A DNA stretch of 64,000 nucleotides from an uncultured delta proteobacterium. GTDB taxonomy: Bacteria; Desulfobacterota; Zymogenia; Zymogenales; Zymogenaceae. This document shows positions 43,946 through 55,322 of the stretch, in pieces. Positions within the stretch are counted from its first letter, which is position 1. Each line of letters begins with the position of its first letter. Below the pieces are notes generated by a model, which was not told where the DNA came from, ran no database searches, and saw only the letters and a list, made by a program, of their open reading frames with translations. The stretch is taken from the NCBI GenBank assembly GCA_963735595.1, contig CAVTLK010000002.1, positions 416,001 to 480,000 of the forward strand, written 5' to 3'. A program made the position numbers and the translations under genes.

Positions 43946-45327
43946 ATGGCCTACATGAACTATGAGCTGGTTTCAAAAAAGACCGAACGGATCACGACCA
44001 AGTTCCGTAAGATAGCGACCGATATCCCCGTGCCGGAGTCGATACCGATACTCAAGGAGCTGAGAAAATACGAGCCGATCTCCATGAGCGGCCAGCCTTT
44101 GGTCGTGTGGGATAACGCTGAGAACTTCACGGTGAGGGACCGCTGGGGCAATAAGTGGATCGACTTTTCATCCGGTGTGCTCGTGGCCAACTGCGGGCAC
44201 CTCCCGCCGGAGATGAAGCGGGCGCTGGTGGACCAGATCAACTCGGGCATGATCCACTCCTACTGCTTCCCCAACGAGCCGCGGGCACAGCTCGTCAAGA
44301 AGATGATCGAGATCGCCCCGAAAGGGATGAACAAGGTCTTTCTGCTGACCACCGGCGCCGAAGCCACGGAAAACGCCATCAAGCTGGCCAAGACGTGGGG
44401 AATGCGCACCGCGGGGCCGAACAAGAACGTGATCGTAACCTTTACCGGGTCTTTTCACGGCCGCACCCTCGGGTCGCAGCTGGCAGGCGGCATCCCGGCC
44501 CTGAAAGAGTGGATCGGCAGGCTCGACCCCACGTTTGTCAACGTCCCGTTCCCGGACGGGTATCGATTCGAGGATACGAGTTTTGACGTCTTCGAGAAGA
44601 GCCTCAAGGATCAGGGAATCAGCAAGGATCGGGTCTGCGGCGTGATGATGGAATCCTACCAGGGCGGCATCGCCGGGTTTTACCCCGAGCAGTACGTCAA
44701 AAAGCTGCGGAAATGGTGCGAAGGCGCCGGTGCGCTGTTGATCGACGACGAGGTGCAGGCAGGCTTCGGGAGATCGGGAAAGCTCTTTTCCATCGAACAC
44801 TACGGCGTCGTTCCCGATATCATCTGCTGCGGCAAGGGGATGAGCGGGGGGCTGCCGATATCGGCGGTCATCGGCAACTCGAAATTCATGGATATCTACG
44901 GGCCGGGGGAGATGACCTCAACCCACAGCGGCAACCCGCTGACCTGCCGGGCGGCGCTCACGAGCATCGAGCTGCTCCAGAAGAACAAGCTTGTCGAAAA
45001 CGCCGCAAAGATGGGCAAAATCCTTCATGACGAGCTCAATAAGCTTAAAGACGAGCATCCGATATCATCGGCCGGGTCCAGGGCAAGGGACTGCTGGCGG
45101 CGATGCTCTTTGTCAAGAAAGGGACCAAGGAGCCGGACCACCCGCTGGCTTTCGCCGTGGTGGAAAGGTGTATCCAGACGGGCGTTATGCTCTACGCGCC
45201 CCTGGGCCCGGGCGGCGGCACCGTAAAGGTCAACCCGCCGTTGACTATCACGCCGGAGCCGCTGATGGAGGGGATCTCGGTGATCGCCGAGGCGATCCGG
45301 GCGGCGCGAAAGGAATTGAAGAGGTAA
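43946..45327 (+). CDS. Class III aminotransferase (frameshift near 45060)
   Basis: DFSSGVLVANCGH, TGAEATENAIK, FHGRTLG, DEVQAGFGRSG and GKGMSGG. Confidence 0.9.
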
Positions 45328-45570
45328 CACCGGGATGGGGAATATGCCCACGGGCGGAACCCGTATGCCATGAACGTCTGGTTTATCAAGATGCTGAGTC
45401 TTTTGCGGATCGGGACCGGCGGATACAAGTCCGGGGCCTATAAACCGGATTGATGCCGCTCGCGCGCGGATAGGCACTTCGTACGCGGACGAGGGCGCCG
45501 AGGACCGCGGGGGCGTTTTCTCGGCGGGCCACGGCTACCGGCCTTTTACCTATGATGAACGGACAAACCC

Positions 45571-46853
45571 ATGAGAAACTATAAAGACATAGAATTATTC
45601 AAGGACGCCACCGAAAAGGAGTGGGGCGACTGGCGCTGGCACGTCAAGAACCGCATCACCACCGTCGAGGCCCTCAAGAAGGTCATCAACCTGACTGCGG
45701 AGGAGGAGGAGGGGATCAGGACGACGCTGGCGCGCTTTCGCATGGCCATTTCCCCCTACTACGCCTCCCTGATGGATCCCGACGACGGCTGCTGCCCCAT
45801 TCGTAAGCAGGCCAGTGCCCACGATCAGCGAGACATGTAAGGCGCCGGAGGACCTCGAAGACCCGCTGAGCGAGGACGAGGACTCCCCGGTGGCGGGCCT
45901 CACGCACCGCTACCCCGACCGGGTCCTCTTCCAGGTCACCGACCAGTGCACCATGTACTGCCGGCACTGCACGCGGCGGCGCATGGTCGGCGTCAACGAC
46001 AGGATGCGCAGTCAAAGACCGAGCTTTCGGCCGATATCGACTACATCCGGGAGACGCCGGAGGTCAGGGACGTGCTCCTCTCGGGCGGCGATCCGCTCAC
46101 GCTGGTCGACGACCAGATCGAGTGGATCATCGCCGAGCTCCGGAAGATCCCCCACGTGGAGATCATCCGCATCGGCTCCCGGACGCCGGTGGTGCTGCCC
46201 CAGCGTATCACCCCCGAGCTGGTCGATATGCTCACCAAGTACCACCCGATCTGGTTCAACACCCACTTCAACCATCCCGAACGAGATCACGGAGGAATCG
46301 GCCCGGGCCTGCGACCTGTCTGACCCGCGGGGGCATCCCCGTCGGCAACCAGTCGGTGCTGCTGCGCGGCGTCAACGACTGCATCCACGTCATGAAGGCG
46401 CTCGTCCACGGTCTCATGAAGATCCGGGTGCGGCCCTACTACCTGTACCAGTGCGACCTCTCGGTGGGCATCGAGCACTTCCGCACCTCGGTGGGCAAGG
46501 GCATCGAGATCATTGAGCGGCTGCGCGGCCACACGTCCGGCCTGGCGATCCCCACCTTCGTGGTGGACGCCCCGGGCGGCGGCGGCAAGATCCCGGTCAT
46601 GCCCCAGTACATGATATCCCGCAGCGACCACAAGATCATCTTCCGCAACTACGAGGGATTCATATCTTCGTACACGGAACCGGTGATAGACCACGAGGAA
46701 TGCCCGGTCTGCAAGCAGATGCGAGCGAAAGGGGGTCAAGAGCATCGGCATCGAAAAGCTCTTCACCGGCGAGGCATCATCGCTGCGGCCCACGGACTCC
46801 GTGCGCGGACAAGCGCAAGAAGAGCCAGTTCCACGCATAAAGAGATTCCGTAA
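45571..46853 (+). CDS. kamA: Lysine 2,3-aminomutase (radical SAM; several frameshifts)
   Basis: [45 protein letters not shown] and [12 protein letters not shown]. Confidence 0.95.
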
Positions 46854-46897
46854 ACCACTCGTTTTGCCGGAGCGGTTCAACCGCCACGATTCAGATG

Positions 46898-46938
46898 ATG
46901 CCGCGGTGGAGGGGTAACCTCCACCGCGGCATTTCTTT
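46898..46938 (+). terminator. Terminator between convergent kamA and lysC
   Basis: 15-bp stem atgccgcggtggagg / cctccaccgcggcat followed by ttcttt. Confidence 0.8.
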
Positions 46939-46993
46939 GATCACAATGGTTACGTGCGGACGGCCGCAAGACCGCCGACGAAGGCTGGCCGGG

Positions 46994-48215
46994 TTACTTA
47001 CCGGCGATGAAGGCGTCGTGACAGACCCGCACCGCCTCGTCGATCGCCGCCCGATCGACCAGCGCGCTGATGCGGAAGCGCGAGGTGTGCACGTCGTGCA
47101 CCGGGATGCCCCGATCGCTCAATAGAGAGATGGTCTTTTTCACGTTTTGGCCGGTATTGTTGATTCCCTCACCGACCAGTGACAGCGCCCCCCACTCCTC
47201 GAAGAAGAGTGATCCGTTTCGGGAAACGGGAGGCAAGCCTTTCCTTCATGCCCCGATAGCCATGGACGTTCTCCAGCGACAGGATGAAACTAAACGAAAA
47301 TCCTTGTCCGCCGTAGGTCTTGAGGTCGAACTGCTTGTAGTCGGCCGCCTCGTCATCCAGGAAGTCCATGAGCCCCGTGATCTCCTCCCGGGAAAAAAGG
47401 TCGTCGGAGACTACGTAGGTCAATCTCCCGCTCGAAGACCACCGCCCGGACAAGGCCCGGTGCGCGCCTCCTCGTAAAAATCGCCCACTACGGTGCCGCT
47501 GCCCGTCCCGAAGGTGGAGACCGAACGGATGGTGATGCCGGCCCGCTTCGCGTACTCGACGGCGGTCGTGTTGAGGACCCGGGCCCCGGCCGCGGCCATT
47601 TCCTGCATCTCGTCAAAAGAGAGCCGATCGATCTTCCTGGCATCGGCCACGATCCGGGGGTCGGTCGAGAGGACCCCGTCCACGTCCGAGCAGATTTCGA
47701 GGTACTCGGCGCCCAGGGCGGCCGCCAGCGCCACCGCCGTCGTGTCCGACCCGCCGCGGCCGAGCGTCGTCACCTCGTTTTCGATGCTGACGCCCTGGTA
47801 GCCCGCCACGATGGCAATCAGGCCCGACGTGGAGCGCCTCCACGATCCGTCGGGGCCGTACCTCCACGATCCGGGCGTTGGAGTGGCGGGTGTCGGTGAT
47901 GATGCCGCTCTGGGACCCGGTAAAGGATTTCGCGGGGTGGCCCATCTCGTTGAGCGCCATGGACAGCAGCGTCATCGAGATGCGCTCCCCCACCGACAGC
48001 AGCATATCGAGCTCCCGGGCCGTGGGGGTGGCGACCATCTCTTTTGCCAGCGAGAGGAGCCGGTCGGTGGTGTCGCCCATCGCGCTGACCACCACGACGA
48101 CGCGCTTGTTGCGCTCTTTCTCGGCGATGATTCGCTGCGCGACCCGCTTGAGCTTATCGGGGTCGGCCACGGATGAGCCGCCGTATTTATGGACGACGAT
48201 GGGAAGCTCGCTCAT
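46994..48215 (-). CDS. lysC: Aspartate kinase (frameshifted)
   Basis: [46 protein letters not shown] and an ACT-like C-terminus. Confidence 0.92.
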
Positions 48216-48479
48216 GACTGCGGTTCCCCCATGATCCGCGGTTGAGAGAAGCGGGCCGGGTTACCGCCCGGCATTTTTAACTGTCGCATGCGTGAGATTA
48301 CCTCCCGTATCGTTTCGTGATCGCCTGACGGCGTATCGGGGACAACCCGTATCCCTTTTCGGGCCGGGATCGGGCTATTTCCCGCCCGGCCATAAAGACG
48401 GCATAAAATACGGCAGGCGGACCCTTTCCTCTTGCCTCACCGGCCGGCGCAGCATCGGCCCGCCGCGGCCGCCTTTCGT

Positions 48480-50087
48480 CTACTGACCGACGGTTTGCTT
48501 CTGCAGCATCTCGTTCTTTTTTTCGTACATCTTGTCGTCGGCCGAGGTAATGAGGCCGTCGATCGAGATATCGTCCTGAAGGTCGGCGATACCGTAGGTA
48601 ATCGTTACGCCCCTTGTCTTTTCGGTGACCTTGATGCTGATACGCTTAACGATATTTTCGGCCATTACCGGGTCGGCATAGGGGAGGATCAGGGCAAATT
48701 CGTCCCCGCCGTAGCGAAAGCCGCCGTCCACTCCGTTCCTGATCGAGCGAAGCGTAATATCGCCTATTGTCCGGAGAATCTGGTCTCCCTTGAGGTGTCC
48801 GTGCAGGTCATTATAGCGCTTGAAACCATCCACGTCAAAGATTGCCAGGCACAGCGGATGGCGGGACCGTCGCGCCCGATCCACTTCTTCCCTGATCTTT
48901 TCCGTAAAGTGACGCTGGTTGAAAAGCCCCGTGAGGTTATCGGTGATGGAAAGGCGTATCAATTCCCGTTCCATCTTTTTTCTATCCGTGATTTCTTCGT
49001 TATAGAGCGCCAAACGGGTCACCGCGCCTTCGGAGTCGAGAACCGGATAGATCCTGATGTCAAAGCAGCGGCCGTCCACCTCTTCTTCGAACCGTTCGGG
49101 TTCCCGCGTGCGTACGGCCGCTTCCGCCCCGTTTTTTATCCCGGCCGAAAGGCCGGGCGTCAGCAGACCGTATATACTTTTGTCGATGAGATCCGACGGG
49201 GTGCTCCCGAAATCGGCCGCCGCGCGGTTGTTGAGCGCGATGATATTTCCGTCGGTTGACAGGAGAACCGCCCTGTTTGTCGTGACGTTCAGGAGCGTCC
49301 GCTGCGTTTCCTGGTTCTGTTTGAGATCACGGAACAGGACCGCGTAGGGCTCCGTAAGCGTCGAGCGAACGACCGCGCGGTACATATAGTAGAAGGAGGC
49401 GATCTTTAACAGGTGGCCGACCGTATTGGCCGGTCGATACGGGTCCGTGTAAAGGGTAAAGAACAGCTCGGAGCCTACGGCGGCACTGATTGAGAAATTC
49501 AGAGAACTAAGCACATTCGCGTCAAAGAACCGGCGCTTATTCATCAATAAGAAGATCGAGGCCAGAAGGAGCAGGCAGATCACATACTCGGCTGATTTCT
49601 TGAACGTCGTCAGCCCCACCCCGTCCACGAAGCAGACCGGGAAGACCCCCCATACGAATATCGATCCGAGCAGCAGCGCGGTAACGGCAAAGTAAACGGT
49701 AAATACGATCCGGGCCGGGATTTTTCTCGTGATGAAAAAGGGCGCAACAACCATAGTGGCCGCCTGCATCGAACGGGCGGCAATCCAGAGCTGGGTGGGA
49801 GTGTCCGTCCCGTAGCCGGGGATTACGCCCATCCCTTCGTAGGTGAGCATATGGATAAGGTCAAGGAAACCCACGAAGAGGACGGCTATGCCTATCAGCA
49901 GGAAATAGGTGCTTTCCTCGATCTTGCGGGTGTTCCAGAAGATAACGAATACGGTCCACGCGACGACAATGCTGAACAGCTCGGCCAGGACGTGGAACAG
50001 GAGGTAGGTGTCCCGGCTCATCAAATAGAGCCCGACGGCCGCCGCCGCTCCCAGGACAACCCGTATGGGCATGTTACGGTCTTTCAT
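48480..50087 (-). CDS. Diguanylate cyclase with a MASE3 membrane sensor and PAS domain
   Basis: YLLFHVLAELFS, TQLWIAAR and GHLLK (MASE3); DNLTGLFN, FKRYND.HGH.KGD and RYGGDEF. Confidence 0.92.
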   Translation of the reverse strand: MKDRNMPIRVVLGAAAAVGLYLMSRDTYLLFHVLAELFSIVVAWTVFVIFWNTRKIEESTYFLLIGIAVLFVGFLDLIHMLTYEGMGVIPGYGTDTPTQLWIAARSMQAATMVVAPFFITRKIPARIVFTVYFAVTALLLGSIFVWGVFPVCFVDGVGLTTFKKSAEYVICLLLLASIFLLMNKRRFFDANVLSSLNFSISAAVGSELFFTLYTDPYRPANTVGHLLKIASFYYMYRAVVRSTLTEPYAVLFRDLKQNQETQRTLLNVTTNRAVLLSTDGNIIALNNRAAADFGSTPSDLIDKSIYGLLTPGLSAGIKNGAEAAVRTREPERFEEEVDGRCFDIRIYPVLDSEGAVTRLALYNEEITDRKKMERELIRLSITDNLTGLFNQRHFTEKIREEVDRARRSRHPLCLAIFDVDGFKRYNDLHGHLKGDQILRTIGDITLRSIRNGVDGGFRYGGDEFALILPYADPVMAENIVKRISIKVTEKTRGVTITYGIADLQDDISIDGLITSADDKMYEKKNEMLQKQTVGQ

Positions 50088-50381
50088 CTATCGTCCGATC
50101 GGCGCCGTTTGTGGGGGCCGATCTTGTCAAAAGTGAAAATATCACTACAAATTATAGCAGGAATTATCCGAAAATCAAAAGAAATAGCCCCGGGCAAGGG
50201 GCCGCGGGTAGGTGCCCAGGACCGATGGTGATCCGGTGATGAGAGGACCGGTTTCGTATGGCAGGCCGCACGTTAGTCGGAGACCTGAAGAAAGGGCCGG
50301 GCTTTCGAGCGCTGTTAGCATCGATGTGCGGAAACCAACGTAACCCGGTAATGAGCAAGGAGGAACAGGGGCAGCATCCAG

Positions 50382-50728
50382 CTACCCCGCCAGTCTGTCG
50401 CCGAGCTTCTTGCCCCCCAGCACGTGCATGTGGAGGTGCCAGATGATCTGGCCGCCCTCGGGGCCGTTGTTGATCACCGTGCGGAATCCCCGGTGGTCGA
50501 TGCCCTTTATCCTGGCGACCTCGAAGGCGCCGCGGTACATGTCTCCATGATCGACATCTTGCCGTTCCTGTACATGGCGTTGAGATCGTCGACGTGCTCC
50601 TTGGGGACCACCACCACGTGGACGGGCGCCTGGGGGTTGATGTCCTCGAAACAGAAGACCGTGTCGTCCTCATAGACGATCGTGGAGGGTTGCTCTTTGG
50701 CGACCAGCTTGCAGAAGAGACATCCCAT
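50382..50728 (-). CDS. HIT domain protein (frameshifted)
   Basis: MGCLFCK, DINPQAPVH..VPKEH, GGQIIWHLHMHVLGG. Confidence 0.88.
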
Positions 50729-50933
50729 ACGCCGTACCTCTCTTCCTGGGGTAATAAGTGAAAGCAAATTATACCGTTTTGGCCGCCCGAATGCAAGGCC
50801 GACGATCATATTCGTTGAAAAAGAGGTGCATCGGTGATATAAATAGAAAATTCCTGTCGCTTCTTCAGAACAATTATCGAAAATCGTTGTCACTATCGAT
50901 ATCCACGCCAATCGTGCATATGGGAGGTTTGTC

Positions 50934-53222
50934 GTGAAAAAGGCAATCATCCTTTTCTTGTATTGTGCTCGCGTAATTTTAAGTCGCGGCCGTATCCGCC
51001 CGGTCCGAACAGGGGCTGCCCGATCTTCCGGGCGGCGCCGTTACGATCCCCTGGTCGGACTTCAAGGAACTTATTAAGGAGCTGATCGCCCCGCCCCCGG
51101 TTGCCCCGGTCGCCCCCGCGCCCCCCGCCGACTATTCGGTAAGTTCGGCGAAATACGCCGGGAGGCTCGAGGGCGACAGCGCCGTATTTTCGGCGTCGTT
51201 TGCGGTCACGGTCCTGGCCGAGAAGAAATGGGTGACGGTGCCGCTTCTCTCCAGCGAGGCCGCGATTTCCGACGTCACGATGGACGGCGTTCCCGTAACC
51301 CTCTCGGTCACAAACGGCATGTATTCCATCATTACCGATAAGCCGGGTGCGCATGCCGTTTCGCTGAAGTTCTTCGTTCCCGCCGATACCGGCGCCGGAA
51401 GGAACTCCCTGCGATATCCCCCTGCCGGAGGTCCCGTCTTCCACCCTTACGTTTTCGGTGCCCAGGCCGGGGCTCGATATACAGATCACTCCCGCCCATT
51501 TCAGGAAGGTTACCGCCTCCGGCGGCGGCACCATGCTCGAAGCCGTGCTTCCGATCACCAGCAGGGCCGCCATTTCGTGGAGCCCCGCGGTACGCGAAGA
51601 GGTCTCCGGCACGCTCAGGGTCCAGGCACAGGTCAACACCATCATCTCGGTGGGCGAGGGGATCGTGAAGGGAGTCACCGACGGTCAGCCTACGACGTCT
51701 CACACGGCAGTCTCTCGTCGTTTTCGATCGTGGTCCCGTCGGCATCGAGATATTGGACGTCTCGGGAGACGCGGTTCGCGATTGGAAGGCGGATCCCGCA
51801 CGGCGACACCTCGACGATCTGATAAACGCCGGGATTTGCGGTCTCCGGCCCGACCAGCATCGTGATCCTCTACGAGCAGAACATGGGGGGAACTACCGCC
51901 GATATCGACGTGCCGCAGATCCAGGTGAACGACGTAGTCCGGGAGTTCGGCTATCTTGCGGTTACCGCCTCGACCAAGGTGGGAATCGAGGAGATATCCT
52001 CGGCCAACCTGGCCGGTTTGGACAGCCACCGAGCTTCCGCCCGATCTCGTCTCCGCGTCGGACAACCCGATTCTCTTTTCCTACAAATATCTCAAGCACC
52101 CCTACGCCCTCAAGCTCTCGGTCGTGACCTACGAGGATATCCCGAGCCTCACCACGGTGGTGACAAAGGCCGACCTTGCCTCTCTGTTGACGGTCCGGGG
52201 CGATCTGGTAACCAGGGCTGTTTTCGAGGTCAAGAACAACGTCAAGCAGTTCATGCGGCTCACACTGCCGGAACATTCTACCCTCTGGAGCGCCTACGTT
52301 TCCGACAGGCCGGTCAAGCCGTCGCTGGACAAGGACGGGGCGATCCTCATCCCCCTTGACCGTTCCGCCCGAACGGACACGGCGCTAACCTCCTTTACGG
52401 TGGAGGTCGTCTATATAACCGGGACCACGCCGCTGGGAAGGCTGTTCGGCAGGCGCGAGTTTACCGCTCCCATAATCGACATACAGACCGACGCACAGGC
52501 GTGGACGGTGTATCTCCCCGAGCGGTATTCCTACCGGAACATCGGAAACGACATGGAGGTCGAGCGCACCCGCCCCCGTCATGTACGGGGCAGACATGGA
52601 AGTCAACGCGCCGGCATCGATTCCCCAGGAAGAGATGGACGCGGCCGATGAGATGTACCGGGGCGCCGTCGAGAAGAAGGAGCTCCAGTCACAGCTCTAC
52701 ATGGAGAAGAACATCTACGCAGAGGGGCTGTCGGCCATAGGCGGCACGACCGGTATGAAGGGTGTGCTGCCGGTAAAGCTCGACATCCCGTTTTCGGGCC
52801 GCGAGATGAGCTTTACCAAGGCAATCGTCAGGCCCGGCGAGCGCTCAACGGTGCGGATCAGATATGAGGGGAAGGGGGTTTCGGGCCTGCTCTTCTACAT
52901 CGTGATGGCGCTGTGCGCGGTCATATTCGTCTGCCTGATCATCGCCGCGCGGCGGTCCGTGGAGGCTCGGCGGCTTGTCGTTGATCAAAGGCTCGCGGCG
53001 CTGCTCGGGGCGGCGCTGGTAATCCTCATCCTGGTCGCCGTTTTACTGATCAGTGGACACCGGCGCGGTCTGGGGGGGCTCGGCGTCGCCATTATCATCG
53101 GCGGCGGTCTGTTTGCCCGGGACCTGGCTGAAAAAATCAGGGAGATTACACGGCGCGCAAAGGCTCAACGGACCAACAGGGAAAAGCAAAGTCCTGCTAC
53201 GGAAAAGAAACATGAGAAGTAG
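50934..53222 (+). CDS. Large secreted / membrane-anchored beta-rich protein of unknown function (multiple frameshifts)
   Basis: Signal-like N-terminus, VTIPWSDFKEL, VKNNVKQFMRLTLPE..LWSA and C-terminal TM helices. Confidence 0.65.
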
Positions 53223-55200
53223 GGTCCTCCCGGCGCTGTTGATTCTTTTTCTTGTCGTCTCGGTGCAACAGGTTCGCGCCGAAACGGGTACGCTCCCGTC
53301 GATGCCCGATACGAAGATCACCGTGCCGTGGGATTGGTTCATTACGGTGCTGAGGGAGTTGGGCGATACGCCTCTCCCGCCGCCGATCCCACCGCCGGCC
53401 GATGTTGTGATCGGCAGGGCGACCTATACGATGAATCTTTCCTCCGGAAGGCTGGAGTCTTCGGTAACTATCGAGGCGATGACCTTCGGGGACGGCTGGC
53501 ACGAGCTGTTTGTCGCCGGGCGGGATACGCCCCTGGTCTCGGTTACCGTCGACGGGAACGATGCGGTGACGCTCGTCCGGCCGGACGGCGTGTGGGTGGC
53601 GCTGCCGGCGGCGGGCAGGCGGACGATCCGCGCCGTCGTCGTCAGTGACGCGCCCGAGACCCCGGGCCCCATACGGTAACGATATCGGGTCCCGACGCGG
53701 CGGTCCGGGGGGTCGACCTGACCTATCCGCGAGGCTTTGCCGACGTGGGGGTCGGCGGGGTGGTTATTTCCTCGGCGCCGGGGAGGATCTCATCGGTGCT
53801 TTCGGGCGGCGGCGGCATTACGCTTTCCTACACGGCGGCCGCCGCAGAAGGGCCCACGGTTCCCGGAAAGACGGCGAGCGGTCCTCCGGAGATAATCGCC
53901 GAAGTCGTGTCGGTGATGGATGTCCAGGAGGAAGCGGTGGTCCTCAAGACCCGTATCGCCTGCGAGGTACGCAACGCACCCGTGCGGTCGTTTCGGGTGA
54001 AGTCTCCCGAAGGGCTTTGACCTCCTGGACGTAACGGGAGACGGGATCGCGTCATGGAAGACGTCGGAAGATCACTCGGAACTTACCGTTACCGTCGGAT
54101 ACGACGTCGTCGGCGGCTACGTGCTTCAGCTTACGTTCGAAGGGCCTAAGATAGAAACGGCCGATGTCCTCCCATTTCCAAAGGTGATGCCTGTCGGTGT
54201 GGAACGGGCGACGGGGTTTCTCGCGGTCGTCTCGGGCGGCGGGTTTGAGGTTACGGAAAAGGAGACCAATCTTCTCACCCCCAGGGATCCCTCGGAGCTT
54301 CCGGAGGCGATCCTTTCCCTTTCGGCGCTGCCGCCCATCCTTGCCTACCGGTTTACCGATCCGGGTTTCTCCCTCTCGGTAGCGGTCGGAAAAGGGAAGG
54401 ACCTATCGGCGCTTTCGGCCTACGTCGATTCGGCCAATTCGGTCGTTCTGGTGACGGCCGACGGCAAGATGGTCGTGAGGACGAACTACTTCGTCCGCAA
54501 CAGGAGCCTCCAGTTCCTCAGGATAACCCTTCCGGCCGGGTCGGTCTTCTGGTCGGCGACGGTACGGGGGACTCCGGCGCGGACGGCGGCCGACCGTGAA
54601 GGGATCGTCATGATACCGCTGCCGATGGGCGCGGTCAGCGCGGCGGAGCCCTTTGTCGTCTCGGTCGTTATCTTCGTACCGGTGCCGCGGATGCGGTGGG
54701 CCGGACGGCTCGGGCTGGGACTGCCGAGCCTCGAGATCCCAACGGGAGAGGTGATGGCCACCTTCTACCTCCCGGATGACGCATCGTACCTGTCTTTCGG
54801 CGGGGACATGGAGGCAATCGAATATTTCACGGAGGTGCTTGCCCCGGACGCGACGGAATCGTTTATGTCCGATAACCTGCGTCTCAGGAAGACGGTCTAC
54901 GAACGGCAGGATGACCTCGAAAAGGCCATCAATAAACAGCAGCAGATGCCGGAGAGTGGTGACACGGGATTGCCGCCGGCGCCCGAGGGTTTCGACCTGC
55001 CGCTGAGGGGAAAGGAATTCCGCTTCGTGAAGCTGATCGCGATGGGGGAGAAAACCGGCGTGCGCGCCACCTACGTCGACCGGAGCCTGCTTGTCATTGT
55101 TATAGTCCTTGCGGTGGTATTAGCCGGGGCGTTTATCCTCCGGTACCGGCGTGTGCTGTGGAATATCGTTAGCGGGCTCAGGGATAAAGGTAAACGCTGA
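53212..55200 (+). CDS. Paralog of the upstream large envelope protein (frameshifted)
   Basis: Signal peptide, ITVPWDWF, VRNRSLQFLRITLPAGSVFWSA and a C-terminal TM helix. Confidence 0.65.
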
Positions 55201-55322
55201 ATGACCCGTCGGTCGGCCCGGGTAATCGATCTTATGTCTTTGTGCGGCCGCCGTCGAGTTCCAGCAGTGCCGGGGTGAGGGTACTGTGGAGCGTGAAGGG
55301 GGGGCGAAATACAGCGGCACTA

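Noticed and set aside
45330..45570. Possible SAM-I riboswitch before kamA (TTATCAAGA)
   Set aside because: Only the first few nucleotides match; the GAGGGA..GGCCC..GCAACC core is absent.
48216..48479. Possible lysine riboswitch upstream of lysC
   Set aside because: GC-rich hairpins and a GAAAGG are present, but the conserved AGAGGNGC, GCCGAA and CTGTC elements are not found in order; an Infernal search would be decisive.
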